Part shown: positions 12,469 to 23,610 of the stretch, in pieces
How positions within the stretch are numbered: position 1 is the first letter of the stretch
Layout: each line of letters opens with the position of its first letter
Source: Spirogloea muscicola
Taxonomy: Eukaryota
Length of the DNA stretch: 45,955 nt
Assembly (NCBI GenBank): GCA_009602725.1
Contig: WELB01000019.1
Span: 32,117 to 78,071 of the forward strand
Reading direction: 5' to 3'
Position numbers and translations under genes: made by a program
The notes under the pieces: model-generated
The model's database searches: none
The model's input: the letters and a program-made list of their open reading frames with translations, nothing else
Told to the model about the DNA's origin: nothing

Positions 12469-14922
12469 GTTTTTGGCCGAGTATACCGTGGACTTGCCAC
12501 TTCCTCTCCCGGTGGAACTTGTGCTGCCAAAATCATTGCTGCTTGATTTTTTCGACATACGTGGACGTCCATCGAGCTGTGCTTACACAATCGGGTGGAG
12601 CAAATACCTCTGAACAGGCTCCACCCTTATCATCTTTTGTGTCACCTATCTCGCACACTCCAGCAGAAGCTGGGGAACGTGGGTTCTGGACCTTTTTTGT
12701 GCAGCTCGTTGAAAGAACCGCGCTTGCCGCTATGCAAGCAGTCACAGTACACAAGCTTCCATTGCTGATCAACAAGGCTGTAGCACTTGATTCATGCCAG
12801 CTTAGCCTTGGGGTCTGGCCCGCATTTTTGTTCAGGGCTTTGCACCCTGTGCATTGTACATTTTTTTCAGCATCACTTAAGCTTCATCTTTGTGGCAAGG
12901 TGTTGTCTATTGGTATGTATTCTGCTTGCGGTGTTGCAACACTCCTATGTCAACGTTTTGTCGGTCTTATTGTACATTCATGGTCAGCAATGACATAGCT
13001 CCGCCCTAGACCTCCTGTGTGTCACGAGACAGCCTGGTGCCAGATGTTTGGGCCTTCAATGTGGACTTTGTAGGGACCCTGCTGGGTTGTTGGAAGCCAT
13101 CAAGCAGAGCGGAAGCAATGGACTTAACACAGCCATCAGAAGAGCCATTGTGGTGCCTTGCCCGCACGCATGTAGACTCTCTGCCTGCTTCAGGGGCGCA
13201 GTCCTGCCCTCCTTCCTCGCTTGACCACAGTCCGCTTTATTGATCTTGTAGAGGCCTGTGACCGTTACCAGAGAACTGTCGCATACCAGCAATGAGAAGT
13301 TGCCCCATCCGATGCCGTCAATCTGCAGCCAACATTGTTGAGGTATACCTGGCACAGTCCCAAGGGTGGTCTGTCCATCAGCTTGTAGACAGCAGCCCTA
13401 GGCCGGGACTGCTACCTCTTGGGTGCCAATGGCGGCGGTGAGCCACTTGAGGTCCGGCTTGGCACACACAACCATCGCTCGGAAGCGACGGCTTCTCTTC
13501 TATGTCAAAGAAATGGAGTGGCTGCTCCTGCAAGGAAAAGAGTAGTTTGAGTGGGACGGCGGCAGGGAGTGGCCCAGCCAAAACTGCTGGGCAGAGGTGG
13601 CAGGGACTCCAGGTGAAAGGGCTCATCAGACGAAAATCGTCATCATTCATTCGATCCTAAGGCTCAGTAACCCCTGGTCCAGCAGAATCTGACGAGAGGG
13701 CAATGGAAGAACCTGCGAGGAGGAGATGAAGCAGAAAAATGGGGGAGCTGCCAAAGGGACTAGCCCGCAGAGTCGGGAGGGGAGGGGATGTCATGCCATA
13801 CTCTGTCCACTGCCGTACAACCTCGATAAGCCAACTCAGCAGGACTGTAGGTAACATGTTGGTCCCTGTGGCCAGCAGAGCAAACCCAAGTCTGCTTGAT
13901 GATTGCGAGAAGTTAGGACATAGCTTGCACGAACTTTGAGCAAGCACGATAAAGGCGAAAAGCATGTTCGTCCGTGAAAGTTGCACATCAAGGACTTGAT
14001 GGAGTGTCTATTAGGAGACTTCCCGTGGCTTTCCTGCATCCTGGCACAGGCTGAGGAGTTGGATGAGCATCCAAATGAACTAAATCAGAACTCTCTTCTT
14101 TTCAGTAATGCTATGATTTGCAGCATCGAACAATGTGTGTGCCATCCTATCCCATATCGCATCCGTAGAAGAATCACAGTTGGTTGATGTGTTCGCTTGC
14201 AAACTTCACATAAGAACTGTGTAGATACCTATCATTGTGAGGGATGTCTTAGTCTGATGACATCGCGTCACATTCTGAACTTGGTCAGAGACCTCCCAAC
14301 CACAGTACCCTCGAAGTCGCTCACACCTCAAGTGGTCTTACCAACAACTCTGTAAATGAGTGGATCTGTAATGGCACCCAATGCAACTTTAAGTCTCACA
14401 TTGCAATATCGCAGTTACCAGTTGCAAAGTTCAATCCATTAGGCTTGTGCCAAATACCACGGATAGTGGCATTCTGCAATGTCTAAAAATAGCGAAATGT
14501 CCAAAGCTATCGGCAGATGCTTCTTGAGCGACCGCCAAGCTATGTGCAACTCTCATCCAAATTATGAATTCCTTAGATAGTGTAATGTCCCTTACGGCAG
14601 CATCAATACTGACAGGAATGACCAGATGACGTCCATGAAAGATGACATAGGCTCCATGAGCAGATGACTGCTGCTTTTGACATTTGGTGAACCATGAGCA
14701 GCAAAGACGAGGGCCTACTCACCTTTACAAGCCTTTCCGAAGTGCATACTTGGTCAGACCACGGTTCAATGCGGACCATGCAATCTGCAAGTCCAGCAGC
14801 CTATGGAGGGTCTCATGAGGTAAATCGTGTTGAATCATTCGTAATATGTTGAATCGGCGGGTCTGGGTGGGTGACCATCCCGCCCGTCTATTGGGCCCTG
14901 AGAGTCTCCCCTCAATAAGGAG

Positions 14923-15146
14923 GGATCGTGTATTAGAAAGAAATGTAGGCCAAATGGCCAGGTACAAAGGCAAGCACATCTAAAAATCTACATAACCTAC
15001 AGCAGATTGACCCGCTCAATAACCACGGGTCAAAACATAAAGGTCACTACTCGATGCATGAACACTAGATGCCAGGAACGGAGCCCTTCTGCCACCTACT
15101 AGAGCTCGCCCAGCTTTCTGGTGCAAGGCACTAGCCTGAGCACGCT
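14923..15146 (-). mobile_element. 5'-truncated CRE-like LINE 3' end (subfamily C)
   Basis: Translates RAQASALHQKAGRALVGGRR...SDLYVLTRGY* followed by the same 3' UTR as the copy at 29560-30140. Confidence 0.8.
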
Positions 15147-15302
15147 CAATAAGGGAGGCCTCGAGCACCCGTCGGTTTTACTCCCCACATCTGAGGCCAC
15201 GGGGTGCACCGTGCGCCCTAGCCTTGGCTGCCACCCACCTTGGGTGAGAGCGAGGCCTGTGCTGTCTGACTGTCTGTCTGAGATCCGAATCTGTCTGCTA
15301 TC

Positions 15303-15690
15303 ATGAGTACATCTGCATCTGAGCCGCTGCGACGAGGTCGCTCTGCTGGGCCGCCCCCTCAACGAGGGCCGCCGCCTCAACGAGGGAGATCTGCTGGACC
15401 TGAAGGACGTCCAAAGGAGGAGCACGACTGGAGAGATGCAGATGCTGAGCACGCTGTGTACAACGCAGGTCAGGTACAGGAGCAGGTGCAAGACCACGCA
15501 GCCCAGGAAGTTTTTCAAATCGAAGGGAATCATGCCTTCTGGATTGCACCCTCAGACAGACCACATTTAATAGTTTAAGAGTGCATACTGCAAGTCTAGC
15601 AGCTTGTGGAATGGTCACATACAGTAGTGGAGTGGGACAGATCTTGCCTAGGATTCTCATTGACAACTGATCCACAATCAATCATCATCT
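15303..15690 (+). pseudogene. Possible decayed LTR-retrotransposon gag/protease remnant
   Basis: A Gly/Pro/Arg-rich ORF with an internal GGGCCGCC(C/G)CCTCAACGA repeat is followed by RILIDN*STIN (~15650-15683), which resembles the aspartic protease motif ILIDxGSxxN. Confidence 0.35.
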
Positions 15691-15799
15691 GTGGGTGTCG
15701 CCACGTAGTGGTTTGCACGTTGCCCGAGGCGTCGGACTGAGTAAGACTGCGCCAAGCCCCTGTCACTGGCGTCGGTCCAGTGAACAAAAGGACGGGTAA

Positions 15800-16250
15800 A
15801 CCCGGGTCGCGTGGGGTTCTTTTAGTGCCTCTTGCAGCTGGCGGAATGCTTCTTCACACTGCCTTGTCGAGTGGAAGGGGATATCCTTCCGCAGGAGGTG
15901 TCGGAGAGGGGCCGAGACTGCGGCTAAATTGGAGATGAACCGGTTCTGGAAAGCGCAAAGCCCCAGAAACTGCTGGACTTCCTTAATGTCTGCTGGCGTC
16001 AGGAAGTCCTTGAGTACTAGTGCTCGGCCTCGATCGGGTTGTACGCCAATGTCGTGTCCCAGTATCTTCACCTGCCGCTAGGCAAAGTGAGAAGCTTTCA
16101 AGCCCAGCTCAGGTCGTTCCAGACGCTCGCGTGCGGTGCGTACATGCTGAAGATGTTCCCCCGCTGTGTGAGAGAAGATGAAAATGTCACTCGAGTGGAC
16201 CATGGTGAAGCGGGTCTGATCGCCGAGGAGCTCATCCGTGGTCTACCTGG
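15800..16250 (-). mobile_element. Degenerate Ty3/gypsy reverse transcriptase (C-terminal half and connection)
   Basis: EHLQHVR..RERL...LK...VKILGH...PD...LKDFLTPADIKEVQQFLGLCAFQNRFISNLAAVSAPLRHLLRKDIPF...CEEAFRQLQEAL, with frameshifts and stops. Confidence 0.8.
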
Positions 16251-16612
16251 ATAATATCTTCATCTGCTCTTACACAAAAATAACTGCGGCTGCTGAGGGG
16301 GAACACACAAGGGGGAACACCTTCAGCATGTACGCACAATACGTGAGCGACTGGAACGAGCTGGGCTGCGCTTGAAAGCTTTCAAGTGCCACTTAGCCCA
16401 GCAAAGAAAATGTGTGCCCGGCGTTGAGTAAAGGTACTGGCACCCATCGTTATAAAAGCACGGTACGCGAGCGCCTGGAACGACCTGCTGGGATGCGCTT
16501 CAAAGCTTCCAAGTGCCACTTTGCACAGCGGCAGGTGAAGGTAGTGGGACACATCGTTGACAGGGATGGCGTACGACCCGATCCAGACTAGCACAGGTTG
16601 ATCAAGGACTTC
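16240..16612 (+). mobile_element. Two tandem degenerate Ty3/gypsy RT fragments, inverted relative to the adjacent copy
   Basis: VYLDNIFICS (decayed YxDD), EHLQHVRTIRERLERAGLRLKAFKCH, and a second ...FKASKCHFAQRQVKVVGHIVDRDGVRPDPD. Confidence 0.75.
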
Positions 16613-17738
16613 CTTTTTGTATGCTTATACTACCTGACACTTTCTTCATGTACGTCATCCAATCATCCTTACCAGTCTTGCTGCTGCTGTGATCGAAGCT
16701 GGAAAATGTGAGTGGAAGAAATTAAATCTGAACAACTTCGATGTTTGTCTGGAAATGTCCATTGAGCGTGACATGTCAAGATGCCTATATATATTTGGAC
16801 GCCTCCTGCATCAAACACTTCGAGAGACAAACTTGCATGCACCAATTGTAGTGCTGAAGAAAGCCCAAGCGATGATCGTTGCTTTGGCAGCATGTGTATC
16901 TTGGCATATCAGGATGCAGTGCATGCGCTTACAGGGACACATGTTCTGAATTTGTTGGTAAGCTTTCGTCAGGTGTAATCTAACTTCAAGGATCATGTAG
17001 TCAAAACTCAGTTCTTGATTCTGTAAGAGAAGCGCCACCAGGCGTACCGGCATCTCGGCTTCTTCCCTCATAACAGGTTGAAGTGGCGATATTGGGCCAC
17101 CCAATCCTCCTGAAATTATTATTAGCATCAGCAGAGCAACAGGTGTAGCGAAGCAATATCAATGCTCTCGATACGTCCGGACCTCAAGTATTTGTACAAG
17201 AGGGAGAAGTTTACAATCCTGTCAACGACACTTGAGACCAGTCTTCAAGCGAGCATTTGCATCCCTATGCAATCGGATGGAACCTCTCGGCCTAGTGAAA
17301 GATACTGAAGACAAAACCAGGAGGCACGGTTTAGCACAGCACGTTGAAAAAAGACTCGTCTTGACTTAACACTTTTAAGAGGGTGAGTTCAGTAATTAGC
17401 TAAAATGGTAGCCCCACAAGGGGTCTCTTGGCAAGTAAAGCATCAACCCACGAATGGTTCCACGGCCACGTGGGGCAAGTGATGGTGACGAAGCTCAAGA
17501 AGCTCGCGTCCCCACACAGATGTACCAGAACTGCAAGCTCGCGATGTTGCAGAAATGGTCTCACAAGTAACACGCCACACGTCTGATAAATCATCCAATG
17601 TGATGGCTGATACACGCTATCAAATTAGACATGAACTTGCCTGCACTGCTGTGAATCTCGATGTCGACTCACGACGTCCCCGGAGTGAGGCTCTTGAGCG
17701 TCTGACTCGCCCAGTGTAGAAGACCGGGCCCTCTTGGC

Positions 17739-18062
17739 TGACTTCAACGCCGCTGGCTCGTGGGCCCAGCTTTATCGCATGCAGCTTTCAATGTCCCTCC
17801 AGCGGTCCGTGGCCCACGCCTTGCATGCGTGCTGGCCGTACTCTCGCTGCAGCCTCTGGCTTTCGTCAGGGGGATACTTTTCCGGCAGCTAGTCTGTCGA
17901 ATGTGGGGCTCCTTACTCGTAGCTACTGAGTGGTCCACCCGTTCTGACATAGCATCTCCAGGCCCCTCCGTCATTGTGGCCCCTTCGACCCCTTCTACAT
18001 TCTTTTTCGGGCTGGCTTTTCACAGCCCTTGCCCCCATTTGAAAGAGCCACTTTCTCTTCTT
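17739..18062 (+). mobile_element. 5'-truncated CRE-like LINE 3' end (subfamily A-like, diverged)
   Basis: DFNAAGSWAQLYRMQLSMSLQRSVAHALH.RAGR...FRQG...LLTRSY* followed by the GGGCTGG hairpin module and a CT tail. Confidence 0.8.
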
Positions 18063-18499
18063 GGCGCCGCTTGAAAGGCGCGCAACACGCGCTCAGGTGC
18101 AGCAGCATTGGCAGCGACGACAGAGGCGGCGGCTTTGTGAACCCTTGGTCGAAGTTACTATGATGGAGAAATGTGAGTGGACTGTAGCTTGCCTAACCCA
18201 TCGAATTCCTGCATTCCCGGTGCCATTAGAGCTTGTGTTCCCTTTCGGGGCTGCCCTTTCAAAAAAGAGCGGTGTGCACCTGAAGTGAGAGGTAGGCTAC
18301 ACTAAGCCAGCCTACTGATTGTAGAAACAGCTCTTACAAAGCAAGGCGATGAGAGGCCAGCCCAATGGGAATGGACAGGGTCCGCATTGAGCGCCCATTC
18401 TCAACGTATTCGTATTCTCTCGTATTCTCTTGGGCTGGCCTTTCATAGCCATCACCCCATTTGGAAGAGTTTCACCCCTCTCTTAGGACCTTCTGTTAT

Positions 18500-18765
18500 T
18501 ATCGTTGCATGCTACAGAATGCGGCTATCATTGAGTCTACAGCGCTCCCAGGCACTAGCGATACACCAGCGTGCTGGGCGTGCATTAGCCCACGCTAATG
18601 GCTCGCGTGGTGGTGGTATGGCTCCTCAGCTTAGCTTGTCAGATATGCATGTGCTCACTCGGGGATACTAGTGTCCCCCTTAGCCAGCTCAGTACCCGTT
18701 AACAGGACATTTGTAAGGCTAAAATTGGTCCCTTCAATTTCATAGGCACTGCGCGCCTTCTCTCT
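18500..18765 (+). mobile_element. 5'-truncated CRE-like LINE 3' end (subfamily B)
   Basis: IVACYRMRLSLSLQRSQALAIHQRAGRALAHANGSRGGG...LSDMHVLTRGY* plus a 3' UTR ending GCGCGCCTTCTCTCT. Confidence 0.8.
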
Positions 18766-19516
18766 GTTATTGGGCTGGCCCCTCGCCCCTTTATCGGCGC
18801 ATTCCGCCCTCTACTTCCGGCAATCTGCATTTCTTGAATATAGTTGACTGAGCGTACATTTGCAGAAGTCACAAGAAAGTCAAATATCCTTGCGTCTCCT
18901 GCCCTTTCGGACCTTGTTCATTTCTTAACTTGGGTTGGCCTCTCACAGATATCGCCTCACTTCAGACGAGCTGCTTCATGTTTCACAATTCGCACCCCCT
19001 TACGTCCCTTACAAACCTTGTTCATTCGAACTTCGTGCAAACTTTGTTTTACTCTTCACCTGGGAAAGCCGATTGCAGCCATCGCCTCTAACTGAGAGAG
19101 TCCTTTTTTTCTTGATGTTCAATCCTTTGGGATGAGCTCTTACAGCCGTTGCCTTACTCTTCTTTGTGAAGATGGAAAGAGATTGCCTCTGGCTATCGTC
19201 AAGGGGACTGCTCTGCGGCGGCTCATTTTTCTGTCTTGCGGCTGCGTACTAGGGGTTATCTTGGACATCACTTTGGGCTGGCCTCTCACAGCCATTGCCT
19301 CACTTTGAGGCTAGCTGCTTCTGCTGGCTTTCTACTAAGTGACCATCCTTCGTGGTACTTGCTTAGGTGTGTATTCTCGGGCTCTTTGGCCCCTCGGTCC
19401 TTATCCGTCTTTTCGGGCTGGCATTTCACAAACCTCGCCCCCTTTGGATGACGCGCTTTTTTGGCCACTTCGGACTTCTTGAGGGCTGCCCAATCACAGC
19501 CACCACCTTCTTCTGG

Positions 19517-19958
19517 AAGAGGCACTATAATGACCACCCCCGGGGCGACCACTTCTTCCCGTGCGCCGTGGACATATACAGCGGCTACGGAACGAAGTGG
19601 TCTTCCCTCCTCCATCGCCTGGCACTGCATGTTGATGCCCGCCGACGTAGTCGGGCGGGTAGCTTAGGGCATTCTAGCGTCCCGCAAGCCATTGTAGCAT
19701 GCTATAGGATGCGGCTATCATTAAGTCTGCAGCGATCTTAGGCACTTGCGATTCACCAGCGTGCTGGTCGTGCATTAGCCCAGGCTAGTGGCTTCCGTGG
19801 TGGTGGTTCGGCTCCTCAGTATAGCTTGTCAGATATGCTTGTGCTCACTCGGGGATATTAGTGTCCCCCTTAGCCAGCTCATTACCCAGTTAACAGGACA
19901 TTTGTAAGGCTAGAGTTGGCCTCCCTTTCAATTTCATGCACACCGCGCGCCTTCTTTT
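19517..19958 (+). mobile_element. 5'-truncated CRE-like LINE 3' end (subfamily B) with part of the RLE domain
   Basis: KRHYNDHPRGDHFFPCAVDIYSGYGTKWSSLLHRLA...YRMRLSLSLQRS*ALAIHQRAGRAL...VLTRGY*, with one in-frame stop. Confidence 0.8.
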
Positions 19959-20229
19959 TGGAAGAGTCTTTCTTTCAATCAAAGCCATCGACCTCTACTG
20001 GAAAAGTTTTTCTTCTTTGGAAGAGTTTACCTGCTCTTCGCAAGATTTTTACTTCTTCACTCACATGTTACCTTGTCCACCTTAGCATTGGGCTTCGTTC
20101 CATGTAGCCTCATTTTGTGCACTAGTGTTTGCCTGAACAATATATTGGCTTGAAAATGCCAAAAATTGTAATTTCATGCGCACCGCGCGCCTTTTCCTCT
20201 TTTACTCCACTGCCGGGAGGCCCTGCCCT

Positions 20230-20760
20230 TAGAAGAAAGAGCTCGCCCATTGAGGATAGAGGCTGGAACAGCCAGCCCAAAAAAGAATGGACAAAGTACG
20301 AGAAGGGAGCCAGGGGAATCGCTAAAAAAAACAAGCACAAGAAGAAACAAAGCAATTGCGAATAACTCAGTAATTCCTGCTGAGCAGCCGCAGATCAGAG
20401 ATGCTAGGGTTCTGGAAATGGGTCCCCTGGACCCACTTCCAGGACCCACTTCCAGTCAGAAGAAGGGCTCGGCCATTGAGGATAGAAAGAAGTGGCACTC
20501 CCAATGGGGGCAAGGGCTGCGAAAAGCCAGCCCAAAAAGAATTGACAAAGGTTTGGAGGATAGGGGCTGGGAAAAGCCAGCCCAGAGAGAGGAGGCGCGC
20601 CGAGCGCATGAAGTGAAAGGGCGTATGATGTGACGAGCCTTAACATAAATTGCGTCGGCAGCCATAGGATAGAAGAATGTGCTCGCCCATAGAGAAGAGT
20701 GGCTGGCAAAGCCAGCCCAAAAAGAATGGACAATATCCCAAGCCAAAGAAAGAGAGGGTA
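20230..20760 (-). repeat. Head-to-tail stack of LINE 3'-end modules, including a coding remnant ...NPSISDLRLLSRNY*
   Basis: Several distinct 3'-UTR modules abut in the same orientation. Confidence 0.7.
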
Positions 20761-21350
20761 ACAGTGATAGTTGTAGCTGACGGTCACCGGCCACACCGGC
20801 CCATGAGAGCAACGGGGCCAAATGCGCCAGACGGCCGCTCCAACGACCGTCCTTCGCCCGAGCGTACGGGAAGCTGACGTTTAGTTTTCTTTCTGTGCTT
20901 GTTTTCTTACTGGCCCCTTCTCGTCCTTTGTTCAAGGGTTCTTTACTTTGCTTGAACAGCGTATTGGCTTGAGTTTGCCTCCCTTATATGTCATGTGCTC
21001 CGCGCGCCTTCTCTCTCATACGCCGTCAAGTGCGCGGCTACTAGGAAACCGTTCAGCTACATGGGCTTCTCTCCCGCGCCCGCGTCGCTTCTCTGCAAGC
21101 GGCAGGGCGGTGACATGCGGGCTGGGCTGCGCAACGAGCCATTATGGCGCAGGCCTTAGTGGGCTCCAGGCCTGACGGGCATTGTGGGTTGAGGTCCCGT
21201 GCCCGTAACTCCCCTCACGCCGAGCCGATGACCGGCGCGCCTCGACGTGCGCAGGTACCTCACCATCAACATGTCGGGTCGGCACCGAGCAGGCACCGAC
21301 GGGACCGTCCGCACGTCAGGGGCGGGGTGGTTTGCAGTGCCTGACGAGGG

Positions 21351-21446
21351 AAGGCGCGCGGGGCGTATGAAATGAAATGGAGGCCAATTCAAGCCGATAC
21401 ATTGTTCAGGCACAGTCTAGGGCACACTAAACAGGGCTACATAAGT
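21351..21446 (-). mobile_element. ~96-bp LINE-3'UTR-derived (SINE-like) insertion with a ~6-bp target-site duplication
   Basis: Flanked by CGAGGG at 21345-21350 and 21447-21452. The uninterrupted site TGCCTGACGAGGGGATGGTCCAGTG survives in the neighbouring repeat unit at ~21571-21595. Confidence 0.75.
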
Positions 21447-21737
21447 CGAGGGGATGGTCCAGTGGTGGCAAATACTTCGAGGCGCAGGCACCTCATCAAT
21501 CATGGCAGGTCAGCACCAACAGCCATCGATGGGACTGTCGCACGTCAGGGGCAACGTGGAGATGATGCGTTGCCTGACGAGGGGATGGTCCAGTGTGAAG
21601 GGGCGGGAATGGTGGGGCCCAGCCGTGGGGCCGCCTGACGACATGCCGCACGCCGTGGTAACGGCCAGAGGCGGCCAGGTCGCGCGCGATTGGCCGCCTA
21701 AGTGCCCTATCGCTTGCCACGTGCGCCGCTTCCCAGC

Positions 21738-22316
21738 CAGAAAGAAGTGGCACTCCCAATGGGGGCAAGGGCTGCGAAAAGCCAGCCCAAAAAGAATTCA
21801 CGAAGGTTCAGAGGGGCCTAAGAGCGGTGAGCAGCTACAAAGGGGCCTGAGGATGCAATGATAAAACAGGGGGAGGATGGATCACTCAATAAGTACGAGT
21901 GAGGAGCCTCAGATCCGACAGACTAGCTGCCAGGAAGCTATCACCCTGACGAAAGCCAGAGCCCGCAGCGAGAGCACGGCCAGCTCGCAGATGCAGAGCG
22001 TGGGCCATGGACCGCTGCAGGGATACAGAGAGGCGCATCCGATATACCTGAGCCCACGAGCCCGCGGCGTTGAAGTCGGCTGGCTCGCCACGTCTGCGGG
22101 ACACAGCCCGCCGCGCAAGCTGAGCCAATAGGTCAAGCCACTGGGACCCAGGAGCCCCGTGCACGTCCACCGCCAAGGGGACGAACTCGTCGGCAGGTGG
22201 GTGGTCGGAGTGCTTGGCCGCCTTGCAGCGAGCGGCCTTCGAGGCAGCGTGGCCGGCCCGCGAGGCAGAGAGCCCCAGGTTGGAGCGGTCGACCACATCG
22301 GTGGTGACTACATCGG
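21738..22316 (-). mobile_element. 5'-truncated CRE-like LINE (subfamily A), RLE C-terminus and 3' UTR
   Basis: ADVVTTDVVD...GHAASKAARCKAAKHSDHPPADEFVPLAVDVHGAPGSQWLDLLAQLARRA...YRMRLSVSLQRSMAHAL...LLTRTY*. This follows the D...A..K..K(Y/H)...F.P......G pattern of RLE domains in CRE-clade elements. Confidence 0.85.
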
Positions 22317-22319
22317 CCA

Positions 22320-22420
22320 GAGAGAAGGCGCGCGGGGCGCATGAATTGAAAGGGAGGCCAATTCAAGCCAATACATTGTTCAGGCAGAGTCGAGTGCAGA
22401 CTAAACAAGGCTACATAATA
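22320..22420 (-). mobile_element. ~100-bp SINE-like LINE 3' module, near-identical to 42480-42581
   Basis: GAGAAGGCGCGCGGGGCGCATGAATTGAAAGGGAGGCC...GCTACATAATA, with about one mismatch versus the 42.5-kb copy. Confidence 0.75.
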
Positions 22421-23194
22421 GAGAGAGAAAGGAGAAAACTGCTCTCCTGCTGCGGAAGCGTCCGTGCAGGCGGCAGGTGGTGCCGGGGGCCTTGGGCGGG
22501 GGCGGGACCTGTGGGGGGCGGGTGGGCCCCCCCTTTTTGGCAGGACCTCTCGCTGCCGAAAAGCAGCGAGCTCCAAATTTAGCGCCGGCGCTGCTGCGGT
22601 CTCCATCTCCGTGTCACTTTTCGGACCATCTTCGTTCGTTTGTGGGCTGGCTTCTCGGGGGCTCCTTTGGCTGATTGCTTTGTGTCACGTTTTTCCGGCT
22701 CCTTTGGCTTTCGTCAGAAAGAAGTGGCTGTCCTAAAGGGCTTTCGTCAGCATCCTTCTTTGGTCAGGGGGACTGCTCAATCGTGGTACGGAGCTTCCAT
22801 CTACGGTCGTGTAGTGTCTAGCTGTGTTACTTTTCTTTTCGGCACCCTTTGGCTCTTTGGACCTTGTCCATTTTTTTTGGGGCTGGCCTTTCCCAGCCCC
22901 TATCTTCTAAGGGAGAGCCCTATCCTCAATGGGCGAGCCCTTACTTTCTTCAGACACGACGAAGCCACAGGAAGCTCAAAACCCGCGGGTGAGCAACATC
23001 AGGTCAGAATAGCTCGAAGCTGGAAAAGATCTCCCTGGCTGCTAGTCTTTCTGATATGCGGCTCCTAACTAGCGGTAAGTAAGTGCTTATCCTACCGGGA
23101 TAGCTTTGGGCAAGCGCTTTGTGGCCCCTTCGGACCTTGTCAATTCTTTTCGGGCTGGCTGTTCACGGCCCTTGAAGTGGCTCCCCTTTGACAA

Positions 23195-23610
23195 GGTCCG
23201 GAGGGGCCAAAATGGAGCCTTTGGCATCAATTGGCTTGACTTGCTTCACCACCTTGCGCGGCGTGCAGCGGCCCGCCGCCATGGGCAGCAGGGCGAGCAG
23301 CCTGGCTTCAATGTCGCCGGGTCCCTTGCTCGAGTCTTCCGGATGCGCTTGGCCATCTCTTTGCAGCGGTCCCTTGCCTTCGCGGTTCACTTACGCGCAG
23401 GCCGCGCTTTGGCGGCGGCCTCCGGCTTCCGACAGGGCGACGTCTTTCCGCCGAATAGTTATTCTGACCTGCATCTCTTGACGAGAGGTTACTGAGAATC
23501 TCGTTGCTGACGTCTTAGTCCTTGGCACTCCGGCTTCTTCAGACCTTGTCCATTCCTTTGGGCTTGCCTCTCTCAGCCACCAGTCAATCTGGCCGCGCTT
23601 TTCTTTCCAA
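23195..23610 (+). mobile_element. 5'-truncated CRE-like LINE 3' end (subfamily D)
   Basis: GAFGINWLDLLHHLARRAAARRHG...FRMRLAISLQRSLAFAVHLRAGRALAAASGFRQGD...LLTRGY* plus a 3' UTR ending CCAGTCAATCTGGCCGCGC. Confidence 0.85.
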
